NCBI GenBank assembly: GCA_951406725.2
Contig: OX597818.1
Location: 140,492,001-140,556,000, forward strand
Length of the DNA: 64,000 nucleotides
Source: Octopus vulgaris
Taxonomy: Eukaryota
Direction of reading: 5' to 3'
Made by a program: the position numbers and the translations under genes. The notes under the pieces were generated by a model. It saw only the letters and a list, made by a program, of their open reading frames with translations, had not been told where the DNA came from and did not search any database. Below are positions 12,989-27,608 of this stretch, piece after piece (position 1 is the first letter of the stretch; each line of letters begins with the position of its first letter).

Positions 12989-13178
12989 ATGCATGTGTGT
13001 TTATATATGTATATGTATGTATATATGTGTGTCTGTGTATATATAAATATATATATTCATATGTGTATGTGTGTTTATATATATACGTATGTGTGTGTAT
13101 CTATCTGCTGTATAGTTGCATACATGCACATATGCAAACATAAGTTACAGTCACACATATTTTACAGTCATACACACG

Positions 13179-13215
<37 letters not shown>

Positions 13216-14365
13216 TATATAATTCACACTCACCCACATACATACAAATACACACACCCACATATATACATAAAAGCAAAATAGATTGAAGGAAATCACA
13301 TTAGAAACCAAAATAAATATTTCCCTAACTTTGTTATTCTAGAAACTTTCTATTGGAAATCTGATTTAGCAGTAGATGCCTATCTTACTTCAAGAAATAC
13401 ATAAGATCATATACAGAATACATAGAATATTATCATACATACACACAACCGACCATATATACATGTATCGGCGTCTACATACAAATTTATATATATATAA
13501 CTTTAGAAATGTCTGTATGTAAATGATATAGTGTTCTCAAAATTATAAACTAAGTTTGTATTATGTATTCTAATATATATCTCTTATACTATATATATAT
13601 ATATATACTATATATATATATATATATAGTATATATTCTAATATATATCCGTTATACTTTATATATTACATATGGGAAGTAAGGCTATTAATATTTCGTC
13701 TCTTATATTTATATTAATGGGTACTTGAATTTATGCTAGATATTTTACTGAGATTCGATGCCTATTTCGTTCTCATGAGCTGATGAAATTGATATACATA
13801 TAATATAAACTTTTTATACAAAGTTTCAGATTATTCAGTGTGTGTGTGTGCGTGTGTGTGTGTGCCGTATGTAGACAGGGCTATAAACCAAGCTGTGTCG
13901 GCTTTAAGCATATTTACTTCTTCCAGTATGTAAATCCTATGTTTGTATGAAGTATGCATAAGAGTCGAAACATGCTGGAAAATATGTTTGCAGAGTATTC
14001 ATAGAAGTTACAAAGTGTACATGTAGGAAAAACCCTATGAGAAATTCTTCAGACAAAGATTCGAACTTTACACTAGGGTGAAGCCGTTAATTATAGTCCG
14101 TAAGAAGATTTTAATTATATTACACAATGAAGATTTTAATCATAGTCCGCTATGACGGTTTCCCTTATAGTCCCCAAACAGGTGTCCTATAGAAAGTAGG
14201 AGGGGCTAATAACGAAGACAATTTCCAATATTAAAGAGAGGGAGAGTTAGAAAGAGAGAAAGATAGGGAGTCAGTGATGGATGTAATAAACGTACAGACA
14301 TACACATTCAAATCTCTTTCTTTCTCTCTCTCTTCGCTATACTTACATACATACATTCATACATA

Positions 14366-14422
<57 letters not shown>

Positions 14423-14750
14423 TATTTACTCACATATCTACCGCCCCTTCCTACCTTCCCCCAACGACGCGACCGACTTCCTGTCCACCACGCGGTCGAT
14501 TTCCAATTCCCCGTGCGGTATTTCCCAAGCAATTGTTTTCACTGACTTACCAACATCAAGCTGTGATACCACCTGATATTTCCCGACCAGTCGCAGGTCA
14601 CCGTCTGGTTATAAACATCCAAATGTCCAACGTCTGAGGTTAGCATCACGCTTGAAACTCGGAGTACCAAAGAGTTTTGATTTCTGTCTCTCTCTTTCTC
14701 TGTACACACACACAAACACACACACATACATACACACATATATATAATAC

Positions 14751-15255
14751 TATATTAGAAAGAAAAGCAAAACCAAGGCAGAACGATGATCTCGAGACAT
14801 TTAGAATAATTTAACTACGGTAAGGTGAATTTGGAATCTTACACCCGTTTTCTGAGATAACTTAAACGTTAGATTAGCATGTCTACGTACTGGGTGTTCC
14901 GTTTTCAGAGACAAAGTATGAATAATTTATACAGTGAAAATTTTATAGTTTAGAAGAAATAAAATAGATTCACAGTTTATAAGGAAGAAGCTAGAAGACT
15001 AAAAGAATAAATAAGGAATATGTGAATATATCACATTCCTTAAACTGTGAATGTACTTTATTGTTTGTAAGCTCTAAACTTTCCCTGTCTAAAATATTCA
15101 TACATTGTCTCTGATGATGGAACACCCAGCGCATGTACATGCTGAGTTACTACTTGGAATATCATAGAAACGACTATAAGAATTGTCCTAATTAAATTAC
15201 TCTAAATGACTTGAGATCGTCGTTCGGCATTGGTTTTGATTTTTCATCTAATATA
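14751..15255. repeat. Diverged inverted repeat (arms about 14751-14987 and 15036-15255) with a decayed hammerhead motif in each arm
   Basis: tatattagaaagaaaagcaaaaccaaggcagaacgatgatctcgagacatttag pairs with ctaaatgacttgagatcgtcgttcggcattggttttgatttttcatctaatata; ctgggtgttccg..tcagagaca pairs with tgtctctga..tggaacacccag. Confidence 0.85.
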
Positions 15256-16740
15256 CGTAGCCGCTATAGTGAAACCATAATACGGATCCTTAGATCTAGC
15301 CCCAGCTGTGAACTTGGAACCTGACGGACGACCAGCTATAGCACCTATTCCATTCAGTAATACGGGTATGGGTTAGTAGATTTTAAATTGGTATAGTATA
15401 ATCTATGTATAGAATATTTCATGGAAATAAAAAAAACACATTTGAATATAGCTATTGCTCTGCTTCTTCCCAAGATTCAACCGTCATGTGAGTATCAGCG
15501 GATACTATAAGAGCAATTTCTACATGAAAGACTTATGCAACCTCATATACATACACACGAATATATACATATAAACATATATTGATAAGAAATATTCAAA
15601 ATCGAATCACAGTGCCGTGTCTGGGATACATATAAATACTCTAACATTACTATTCATTCTTCGAAGTGAATTTCTATATCATATGTCATATATATATATA
15701 TATTTGTGTGTCGTGTGTGTGCGTGCATGTGTGTGTATACACTTGTATATATATATATATATGTCTGCATCTCTTTATATTTATGCATGATATATGTGTG
15801 TGTGTGTATGTATATAAACACATACATGTGTGTGTTTGTGAATACGTGCGTATTTATGTAAAAATATCTATTCGTCTATGTTTTAGGCACGCGCACACAC
15901 ACACACGCACAAACACATATATGCATGCATATATACACACTTGTGGGCGCATTTATGCCTACGTGTATACGTATTCTAGCATCATATGCTTATAAAAGTA
16001 TATATGTTTATATGTATATATTTGTGTGTAGGTATATTCACATGTAGATATACGCAGGTATAATATACAAATGTGCATATATTCATATAAGCGAGTGCGT
16101 GTCTATGTGTACCCATATACGCATATATATGTGTATAGATACCATAATATTTTCATTATACGTAATTGATAACTAAATTTTCTTAATAAATCCTAAAATA
16201 ACTCAAAGGAATGATAGTATTTTTAGAATGAATATTCTCTGATAAGAGATATATTGACGTTTGTATTTTGCTATTCAAATTAATTATTTATGAATCTCTA
16301 TTATCATTGTTTGCAAAATTAGCAATATCATCATCGGCAGTATAATAAGCGTTATCGTCATCAGATTTATTATCGTCTGCATTCCCCTCAACATTATTAT
16401 CATTTCTACTTTTCTCAACATTATCATCAACTACAATGCCAGTGAGCCAACGCACAAGCTAAATGTGTGCTCGTTTTGCTACAAAGAGTAGCTAATTTTA
16501 CTTCCTCTCACACAGTTCTATTTTAACAACAGGAAAGATGCTTCCTATATTGTAGTTCCAACCAGAATTGTAGTCACCATTGCAAAGCTTTTCATAAGTC
16601 TGTTAGAGCTTTGTTTCTTGTATGGTAACTTATTCTTAATGTGGCAGGAAGTTTGTGACGATTGGAATAGCCAAGTCCATGGGCAGGAAAATAACGTTAT
16701 AGATTCAATTTCTAAATCGTCGTTTTTGTTTTATTATTTA

Positions 16741-17133
16741 CTAGCAGTATCGCCCGGCGTTGCTCGGGTTTGTAAGGGAAATAACTATATAAGCATTTTC
16801 AGAGAGTTATAGCCAAAAAATAGCAAAAAAATGCATTAAAAATGGAAAAAAATATGATAATTTTTTTTTAAATCGTTGACTCATCGTAAACATTTATAGA
16901 GAGTTACTTCCCTTATATAATAGCGAAAAAGGCATTAAAATGGGAAAAAATGATGGTAATTTTTTTTTAAATCGTAGACTCATCGTAGACGCGCGCTAAT
17001 ACCCAGAAGGGCTCGATATGAATCACGACTATAAGATACCCGGTTTTGGTTAAACTGCACCGCAAAATGTGAGAGTAGTTAGGAATCTAAATCGTAGGAG
17101 AGAGACACACAACTTCACTTTTATATATAAAGA
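16741..17133 (-). mobile_element. Non-autonomous Helitron, 393 bp
   Basis: Minus strand: A|TCtttatatataaaag ... hairpin cccgagcaacgccggg ... CTAG|T; A/T target with no TSD; near-identical copy at 56281. Confidence 0.85.
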
Positions 17134-20100
17134 TTAACGAAGAGGTAGAAGGCGGTGTTTTGGAAGAACCCTTATCAGGCAAAGGCCGACTTGCTTTTCA
17201 GGGTCGCTAAGATAAGCGTTAGTGAAGTATTGAGATTGATGTTATTGATTTCCTTTCCACTTAAAAACTACTGGCCATAGACAAAAATTTAAATCCTTTA
17301 ATACAAAGGTAGGATGTCAAACAAATCACAAATTTTGTGTGGTGGGTTGTCCCCATATCGTCCGTGTAAGAACTAGTATGCTTCCTCGTGCATGCCATCG
17401 GGCTAGACAGCAACATTAACCATCAACATTATCACACTCGATGTTATAAATATTTATAATATCCTCACAAAAATGTTTCATCAACGTCATTGCAATTTTC
17501 TTCTTGAAGCTGTTTTGAACTTATTTGCTTACATTACTTATCACTGTTTGATAATACAAATTACTGCCATTTCTTTTTTTTCAATCCTATATTTGACCCC
17601 TGAAGCAAGTAGAGGTATACCATCGTCTTTGTTGTAGGTCTCACTGTTGTATTCATCATCATTATCATGTTCACTAATAGCTACTTCATAGTAGACGTGT
17701 GACTACATACAATTCAGACACTTGGTAAAGTGATATATGATGTTGCTTGGAGTGTGACTTGTGAATTTCACGCCTTTCAGCTCTCCAGCAGTGATAAAGA
17801 AATCACATAACAAGAGGAAGGAATAAAAACACACGATTCATTTAACTATAATAATTCCTTCACTGAATTTTTACTAGTTTCTACTCAGAAGAAACGATTT
17901 ATTTTATTTCAAAACGACACGAGTAGTATATTAGATTCTTTTTTTTTCTTTTTTCTTTTTTCTTTTTTGTTTCAATTACTGTGAAAATACTAGTTTGATA
18001 TAACCATTAAAATACGGTAGTAGATAATTGAATACAAGGAAAATGTAATTATACCAGACGTAAAGGACATAATAATACAAGACTAATGCAAGTAAATACT
18101 TAGTTAAATAATGAAGTAAAACAAAACCAGAGTAATAATTAGGTAAACAAAGTAAGGAAATATTTGGGATTATATTAGATATTGCTTTCCTCGTTCAGCC
18201 CCAAATCAGACTTTATGTAGGAAAAACATTTATAGTTAAATATATTCTAACCATGAATATATCATATATTAATTGGCATCTAGGGATGTACTATTGGTCT
18301 GCACTTCTCTGCTGAAGATGATAAGATTTAATTTTAAAGGAAACCTAGCTGCTATTTCTAGCTATCCGAGCGACGACTTTGTATAGCCTTGCTAGTTAAC
18401 GCGTAGGTTTTATACATCTTAGACGAAACTGAAGTTTAAGTGCTACTCACTAAGGTGGCTGCATCATTGTATAATTTTTAAAGGAATGAAAGAGGATTAA
18501 AGGCTGCGGAAAAAGTAAAATGAAATAAAGTTTAACTGTTTGGTAAAAAATGAAGTGGCAGTAATCTGGTTACATTTTTTTCTGAACCAACGAGACTTGC
18601 AGTAGAAAAGCGAAAGCTAGTCACAATGCAGAGACCTGGCCTAAATATTTTTAACAAAGTAAACTCTGTCAAAGGTCCGCGCTAAATACATGGTGATGCT
18701 AAACCGGGTGAGGGTGTAAGTCTGACACTTAAGAATTTAGAACCAAAGGACTGGAATAAATGTTATGTCCGTCCAGCCCTCTTACAGTTCCTCAAATTCA
18801 CTACCTTGGGCTCTTATTTTAACAACCTCTAGAGAATGAAAGGCAAAACTGACCGTAATGGAATTGAAGCCCGCAGCAAAAGGCACAGGAATGATCACAC
18901 TCTCGTGAATCTACCAGTTCACATAAAATAGAATATGATTTCGATTCACCTATCTACTGAGTGATTTGTGAAATCAGTTGAAGTCTTCATATTCATATAA
19001 CTTATTTTTCGTATGACAGGACTCTTAAAATCCGACTTCAAACACTAACAAATCACAACTAGTTATAGACAATAAACATACATGATTTCAGCCATTGAGA
19101 AGTCAATGGTTTTTCGTACATCGATGATCCAGTAACAGAATATAAAAGCTGGCTTCTACGTGTGACAAAAATGTCTGAAGATGCATCTAACTAAATCTTT
19201 AATGTTTTTAACAGTAGTACAACCTCAATGACGTTAAGAAGAAACAAGGAACCCCTATATACCCAACCAGTTAATACGAAATAGCAAACATATTCCCATT
19301 TAGTCACACCCTAACTTCTTCAAAAAATGATCTTGTTTGATAATGAAATATTAGAGGCACGATATCTGATATTTAGATAATCAAAAGCATTCATGATTAG
19401 AATGCTTTTGATTATAAGTTTGCTCGGTCAAGATTCATTTCAAGTTTATCAACTATTGCAACAAAAATAAGATCAACAACAACATAATAGTAAAGTTCAT
19501 AACAAAGTTGTATACTGAAATAGATATTTGTGAGTAATCATTGGGAATTCCACTCTTAAAATTTCGAAAAGAAGCATTTGAACCACCGTATACAATGCTT
19601 CTTCTTTAATCAATGACCTGTATCCAATATATCTTGCAATTGAGGTGTATTCTATGCAATTCTATGTATCTGGGATATCGTTTCCTGCATTATAAAAAAG
19701 CAATTATCAGCGCTTTTTTCTTCAAATATTTTACACAAATACAAGGTATGATTCAGTGAAATTTCACCTAAACCAAAAAGGAATCAACTATACGTTCTAT
19801 ATAGTATTTAATACCCAATAAACTGCGTACCTATAGGATTTTACAGACAAGGAAAACAAAAAAACGGTAAATATAGGTGAGATTTATATTGTTGAGTATC
19901 AGCCAAAGTAGGGATATCATATCAGTAGTAGATAATTATATTGCACCGTAAATATAAGGTAATGTATTTCAGAGTATCGCTATACTTTCGTAAATATGAA
20001 ACATTTACTGCAAGTTCGGGTATCTACTGATTCTTTAATGAGGAATTATATGTGAATGGTGGCTAAAGTTAACATAAAGCTGAAAAATAACATTTTAATA

Positions 20101-20339
20101 TTAATAAACAATAATCGAAAATTATTTCAGCTTATCAGTTTCTCAATGTCATATTTTCTGAATTGGTTGCTTTTGGGTAGTTTCAAATTAGTTCTGAATG
20201 AGGATACTTCGTGGGAGTTAGGGAGAGGAAAGTATGACATCTACAGAGCCATTGCCTCAATCTTCCTTAAAGCAATTATCAATCGTCTGAATTTTAATCA
20301 TTCCCTTTCCTTTCAGGGTTTCTATTTTTTGTCTTTGCA

Positions 20340-20690
20340 TTCTTTTACCTGTTTCATGCTTTGAACTGTGGCCAATTTGGGGCGTAACTTTACAGGGTCC
20401 AGTCGAGCAAATCGACCCTGGCATATTTTAGGCAATTGAGTATTCATTCTTTTTGCCTATTGTCAACAGGAAAGGTAAACAAACTAAATGCATTTGTCAA
20501 GTGGTTGGAAATAAGAACACTCTCCCATACACACATACACATACGACAGACTTCAGCACGGTTTCCGTCATATGAATTCATTAGTAATGATAACAGAAGA
20601 CGTGGAAGATGCCTGCTTCAGATGTCATGCAGTAGGACTGCAATCAAAACCAAGTGGCTGCGAGGCGAACGTCTTAAGCATTCAACCACG
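20340..20690 (-). mobile_element. Highly degenerate SINE family B copy
   Basis: tcttttacctgtttca..., agtcgagcaaatcgaccc, gcagtaggactg match family B. Confidence 0.6.
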
Positions 20691-23600
20691 TTTGTTATAT
20701 TGTAAAACCCCTAAAAGTGAAATGCAAGATCATGCTTTCAAAATTGTTAAATTCGATACGTCGTAAGCTAGGAAAGTACATAGCCATTCAGAACAGATCC
20801 TTCTTTTCCGGTGTCTCCTGTTTCTAAATAATCTTGCTGAGAGCTTATTATCACTTATACAGAGTATAATAGAAATATGAGGGTTTTTCAATCGATAGGA
20901 TATTGTGCAACCAGTAGAGAATCAGTGATGCATATCCATTGATCAGTGTCCTGCAAAGTTTTATTGGCCAAAACACTTAATATTCGGCTGTACTGCCTAC
21001 ATATATATATAAGTCTAATAAAATAAAATGGTGCCCGCTGTATGGGGGCGCAGAACCGTTGTCTGGTGAGATCTTTATTCGTGTTTGTGTGTTTGTGTTA
21101 CAATAAATAACACGTCTCTGCGTCCTGTTATTATATTAATACCATCTTAAAATGATAAAATGAAGGACAGAAGTGCACACCGTTGTCAAATATAAATCAA
21201 TGGACGGCTGAATACAGTAACAGTATCTGAAAACTACATTTCATTATTGCTAATGTAAATATGATACCAATAAACTATAAGATTGTAACGTGAGCCATCT
21301 ATGTCTTCTGGACCAAGTATAATTATGACTTCGTTTGTGTTTTCAAGTGTCTGTGTGTGTACGCGCGGTTGTGTGTGTGTGCGCTCACGGGTGTGTGTGT
21401 GTGTATCGTTTGTGTGTGCATACGCTATACCTCTGCTCTATTGTGTGTGCGTGTGTGTGTGTGTTTCTTATCTTTATGTTATCTTCATGTTGTCAAAGCG
21501 ATAGGTGTGCAGTGCAATTAAATGTAATGTTGGCAATTACAGGTTTATGAAACAGAAGTACATGATGCGTTTCTGTGAACAGTCCATGCCCGCGACCAGG
21601 GCCTGTTAATGTATAGTTGATAGATGTGTTTTCATCAAACCACATACGTGAAACAGTTTTTTGTGATGGTGCCAGCAGCATGGGTGTTTATATAGTGAAG
21701 AGAAATATACGCTGTAGTGTTGCCAGCAATATCGGATGTTCGCGTTAGCGATGTAAAATCATTGTATGGGACACTTACAATTATAAAGCTTGCTAAACGA
21801 TCCTACATGCCAATGTTTTCATCAATTGATTTAACATTTAACAATAGAATAATTCTAAGTTAGTTACCTCAATATATTGAGACTAATTAACCATTACATT
21901 ATATTTATAGTTTATTAGATATACAATTGTTATTAACTTGGCAATAATTTTCTTCTACAATCCATACATATATAAAAGCCTAAACAGAGCTGAGCACAAG
22001 ATGCAGATTGAGGTATTAAATTTATCACTGTATATTTTGTATGTTATAACTTTATATTGCTCTAAAATTTTGTCTTGTTGTAAACTTCAAAAATATACAA
22101 GAAAATTCATCAATGCATATGTTGGCTGAGAAATTTTAATTAAAGTTGATAAAAAATACTTTGTTAAAAAAATTTTTATGTTAAACTATAAGATTCTTCA
22201 ACATGAAAAAAAAGGCATCTAAGAAATACCTTAATTATGAATGTTTTCAAATAATTCCAAATGTTGATATTAATGATTAAATATGCATGTTCATAAGAAT
22301 CTGTCTGGAACATATTTAGTTCTGCAGAGTTAGATTCTCTCTGAATCATAATATTATTCAACGGAAACCCATAATTGATCCAGCATACTTGCTGACTCAA
22401 AGGTTTAAATTCTGTAGGATGACATGTTTCTGCGGTGTTAATTCATTTCTCAGGAGTCAATTGGAATTGAGTTAATTCAGAGTCGAAATCGCTTAACTAT
22501 TTCGCTCGCCATTGTCATCGTTATAACTCATCATGCTGATACCATATATCATTGTTTTTTAACTTGCGTAAGTTTCATAGTTATTTCGCAGTCACGATTT
22601 TGAATTTCAATAAGAAATGACAATGCTTCCTTCCTATACCAACCGAATGAGTTTTGACCAATCACTGACTCGGATTTCCAATTCTTGCTTATACTGCCAA
22701 TATTTTTTTCCTGCTTGTCTTCTCAATTTTACACAGGTTTTCTTATATCTGATACAATCATTACTATAGCTTAAATTTATTTCAAGTAATAAGAAATACA
22801 ATCAATGCTGAATGTACTATCAAAGTAGGTGGACAATCAAATCTATGGATATATTACCAGCTCACTGAATGTAGAGTATGCACCAAAAGACATCATTCTT
22901 TTTAAAAACTTGACTGCTTTTACCCCTTCATAAATATCCTTGATTGAAAACTGTCAAAAAATTGACTGTTAAATAGATTAATGTTCTGTCGATAATCTTA
23001 TATGTATCAGGTAACTAGCCAGGAACAAGTCAAGTTTTTATCTGTTGCTAATACTGCATAGAGACTCTCTCTCTCTCTCTCGCTTTCTCTCTCTCTCTCT
23101 CTCCCTGTCTACAATTTTTATCTCTCAACAATATATATTCTTTTTAATGCCCCGTTCAAAAGTAAGGGCAACGTTCACCACCTCTTCAGCTATAAAATAC
23201 GAGAAAGAGAGGAAGTAAATGACCGACGAAGATCTTTCCTAAATACGTGCAACGCAGTAAAATGTTTATTGATTTTTTTTCTTCTAAAGGAACCACATAA
23301 TAAGTTAAACCAGGCGACAGATATAGTCAAAAGAAGGTGGAAGATGATTTTACACTTCCCATTCGTAATAGTTAAGCTGCATGCGTAGTGTTAAACTTTA
23401 CGAGTGATTCATTAGCTAAAGGATATGAACATGGCAATTGTCGAATATATAACAAGAAGAGTTCTTTGATGTTTCTGCTTTCGTCAATATCTCGAAGTAT
23501 AATATGCTGGGACTCGTGGGTTTCTATTCACTGGCAAGCCAATACAAACAGGATTGGCTTTTGATGTGAACACGTTGTTATCGCACGAACATCACATACG

Positions 23601-24080
23601 GTTATACAAAGAAGGAAAATACGTAACAGGTTTATGAAATACTGACATGCATCCACATCCACATGCATCTACCCAGAAATACTGACATGCATTCACATAC
23701 TTTCATATTTACTCCCTACTCCATTCTTGCCTTCTTTTTTCCCTTATTTATCGTTATCATTTCCTCCCTCTTTCAACAATTGTCCGTCGAACTGTCATAT
23801 AGTCAATCTGTCAATCTATCTAGATATTTGTTTAGTTTACCTATGCAACAATATATCAAAATGTGTGTGTGTGTGTATGTTCATATGCGTATATCCTTGC
23901 CATTATGTTAAACTGTCGTATGTCCATTTTTTTTTTTTGCCAAATGCGTTTTTTTTTTCAATATTTATTTTTGCTTGCAATAGCCAATTCTTTTGGTCAA
24001 ACTATCGTATCTCCAGCTACTTCAGATGCTAAGATATAAAAAATTGTTAAAGTGTAGTACAATGGTTTTGCTATGGAATA

Positions 24081-24480
24081 CTCTTTACTCTCTTTTACTT
24101 GTTTCAGTCATTTGACTGCGGCCATGCTGGAGCACCACATTTAGTCGAGCAAATCGACCCCGGGACTTATTCTTTGTAAGCCCAGTATTTAATCTATCGA
24201 ACCGCTAAGTGACGGGGACGTAAACACACCAGCATCGGTTGCCAAGCAATTATAGGGGAACAAACACAGACACACAAACATATACACACACACTTATATA
24301 TATATAGATATATACGACGGGCTTCTTTCAGTTTCTGTCGACCAAATCCACTCACAAGGCATTGGTAGGCTCGGGGCTATAGCAGAAGACACTTGCCCAA
24401 GATGCCACGCAGTGGGACTGAACCCGGAACCATGTGGTTGGTTAGCAAGCTACTTACCACACAGCCACTCCTCCTGCGCC
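24081..24480 (-). mobile_element. tRNA-derived SINE, family B, with internal (CA/TA) microsatellite and AGAGTAA-type tail
   Basis: Minus-strand head GGCGCAGGAG..TGGCTGTGTGGTAAG...GGTTCAGTCCC; high similarity to 28371-28777 and 52661-53066. Confidence 0.9.
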
Positions 24481-24574
24481 TAATGGTGAAATTATTTTTT
24501 CGTTTTCTGAAAAAACAGCGTTTTGACTTACCACACGTTGCAAACTAGCAACGATATATACATATATATAATAG

Positions 24575-24611
<37 letters not shown>

Positions 24612-26626
24612 GAGTAATTCGAAAACTATATATGAACATGTTACAGACATACATACAACATACCTACACTCACACACGTATATTGTCGACAATTATCCAT
24701 CGTCTGGTGTTATTCATTTTATTATGTATATTTTTAACAGTAGTACAAACTCAATTATATAAATGTCTCTTAAAATATAAGAGATTAACTATTAAAAATT
24801 GTTATTTGAACCGTAGACACCGAGATTTTGATCGGATATTTTAAATAATTGCACCTTTATGCGTATGATGTCTAGATAGGTTCAGATCAAAATACGCTCA
24901 GCGAAGAAACTGTTTACTAATCGGTGCTTATATCTACCAACCGTATGCAGCGAGGTCTGGGACGAATGTTTGCACCGGTGGCCCAGAATACTGAGCGCCA
25001 ATGAACCGAACCTGCTCGATAAACTGTAGTCGTAAAAGGGAGAACATAATCTGGTATGATGTCCACTATAGCAACCAGCTTATTTTGCGTCTGAACTTAC
25101 CTAGATGTCTTAAGAAAAAATATCCAAGCATGCCTTCCATGTTCAAAATCATTTTTCATTAATTACTGCACTGGCATCTATACAAAAGTGTACATATACA
25201 CAAAGACAATGATATACACGCACACATGTACAAACAAATACGTATACGCATAAATACGTGCATATATACACTTATAAAACTATACATATATGTATAAGTA
25301 CGTGTTCGTATGTAGTTATGTTTGTATGTATGTTATATACTACTAAAGTGTATGGTCTTGAGTTGATTATGAATATATAACGCATAGATATCTATACATA
25401 AACACAGACCTACATACACATAGCGGTACACAAATACTCTCTTAAACATACGCAGGGAGAGTGTGAGAGAGAGAGAGAGAGGAGGAGGAGGAGGAGGAGG
25501 GAAAGAGAAATGATATAGAATGATAGAGAAAGATTAACAGACAGATAGAGAGGAGTAGAGAGATGTTCTGGTACCGAAGATTTTTTTTTTTTTCCTTTTT
25601 CAATTTCCGGAATAATATTGGGCATATTTTCTCTCTCTTGATTGCCGAGTCTTAACACATACTTCACAAATGAAGACTCATTTATCATTCATTGATGTCA
25701 AAGAGTGTATTTGAACTGTTTTTCCCCTCTGCTTCCAATTTACTATTCGCTCCTAACTGTTGGCCAATCTGTCACGAAGGACAAGGAATCAAATCCGTCT
25801 ATTCATGCAACAACATCCAGGATATCCTTTGCACAGAGATAGAGATTAAAGGTCGAATCTGACTAATGTGCTAACATATATTTTCTGTATATCCAAAGAT
25901 ATCTTGTGCTTTCCGTGATTTATACTCCGATCTCAATAAATCTTTTATATTTCGGGATATTTCGTTCAATCAGTCTGTTACACACAAGCACGCGCACATA
26001 CAACCGTACACGCATATGCAACCGTACGTGCACACACGCGCAACACACACACATGCGTGTGTGTGCACATATATAGATATGTACAGAAATTCACACATAC
26101 ATATGTGTGTATGCGAATGCATGTTTTCGGATGGGTGTATATTCGTGCGTCTGAAATATTCAGGCATATTCGTATGCACTAAAAATCTAAAAGACATTTT
26201 GACTGGAATGAACGGTAGAGGAAAGCCAAGTATGAGGTGACGAGGGAGAAATATTGAAAACGTTAATAAATAAAATCGGAAAAATGCATAACAAAAGTAT
26301 ATTAAAAAGCGAGAAAGTACGAACAACATCTATAAGCTTATATATGTATTTATTCCATTTTGTTTTTCTGAAGCAAAAGCGGTGAACAAAGATATATGCA
26401 AAGACAAATACTCATAGACATGTGTACACATCTATACGACAAGATTTTTTCAGTTCAACAAATTCCCTCACAAGGATTGGGTCGGTCCGCGTCTTTAGTA
26501 AAAGACAGATGCCCAAGGCGGCACAGAGTGGGACATAATCTGGAATCATGTGGCTGGGAAACCAGTTTCTTACCACACAGACATAACACATAGATATTTA
26601 GGCATATCTTTCTGTCAATCTATCCA

Positions 26627-26692
<66 letters not shown>

Positions 26693-27608
26693 CGCACGCA
26701 TACACAAACACATAGATGAATTTCAATCAACACATATTCCGCTCTCAGTTGTTGCAGCGGTCCTTTAGTTTTTTTTAAACCCTGTAAAAGGAGTCGGAAA
26801 GCTGGCTTCCAGCCAGGCTTTTCGCGAAAACCAGGAACTTTTCCAGCACCTTCAGTATATATAAAACCTTAAAAGGCGCCCCATATGCTGGCTCCCGTGG
26901 AGGGCTCTTCATTGGGTCTTGGGCCCAACAATGACACCTCATGCATTGTGTACATATTAAATTTTATTTAACTTGAAAAATATCTTTCAAGGAATGAACG
27001 ATTTTCATTAAAACAATGATATGATTTTTCGGCTTGGAACTTATTGCAATATTGCATGATAAACAACATTTTTTGTCTTTCCATTCGGGGTCACTACAAA
27101 TAGCTTCTTTCTATTCCCTACCCTTGAACCACCAACATATAGCTGGTGGTAGGCCACAATAAACTTACCTTTTAAAAGTTTACCTATAATTCCTCTGCCA
27201 CCACATAATTTAAAGACAAATTTTATATATGAAGGGCCTTACTTTTTGTACAAACAATTATTTGTAGTAGCTGGTACGTGTCTAAATTCCTGTTCGTAGT
27301 TTGAAGGAAAATTACACCACTGCCGCTAAACACTATTTTAAAGTGCGATTTCTATGGTTGGAACATAAAGATGTTTTAAATTTACGATTTTTTAAAGTAA
27401 TAATAAAATTAATTGAATTTATTTTAAACAAAATTAGTCGAATCTCTTACAAAACAAAAGATGTAATGTATACTAAATGTAAGAACGAAAGGGAAACAAA
27501 GAGAAGGTCCGTAATCCTTCATCAGTTATTGACCAATTGATACTTTTCTTGTGGAAAATTAGGGACGAGAGCAAACAAAACAAAACATATATATATGCAT
27601 TGGCATAT

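Noticed and set aside
21029-21050. TGGTGCCCGCTG resembling a retroviral primer-binding site
   Set aside because: No adjacent TG...CA LTR or gag/pol sequence.
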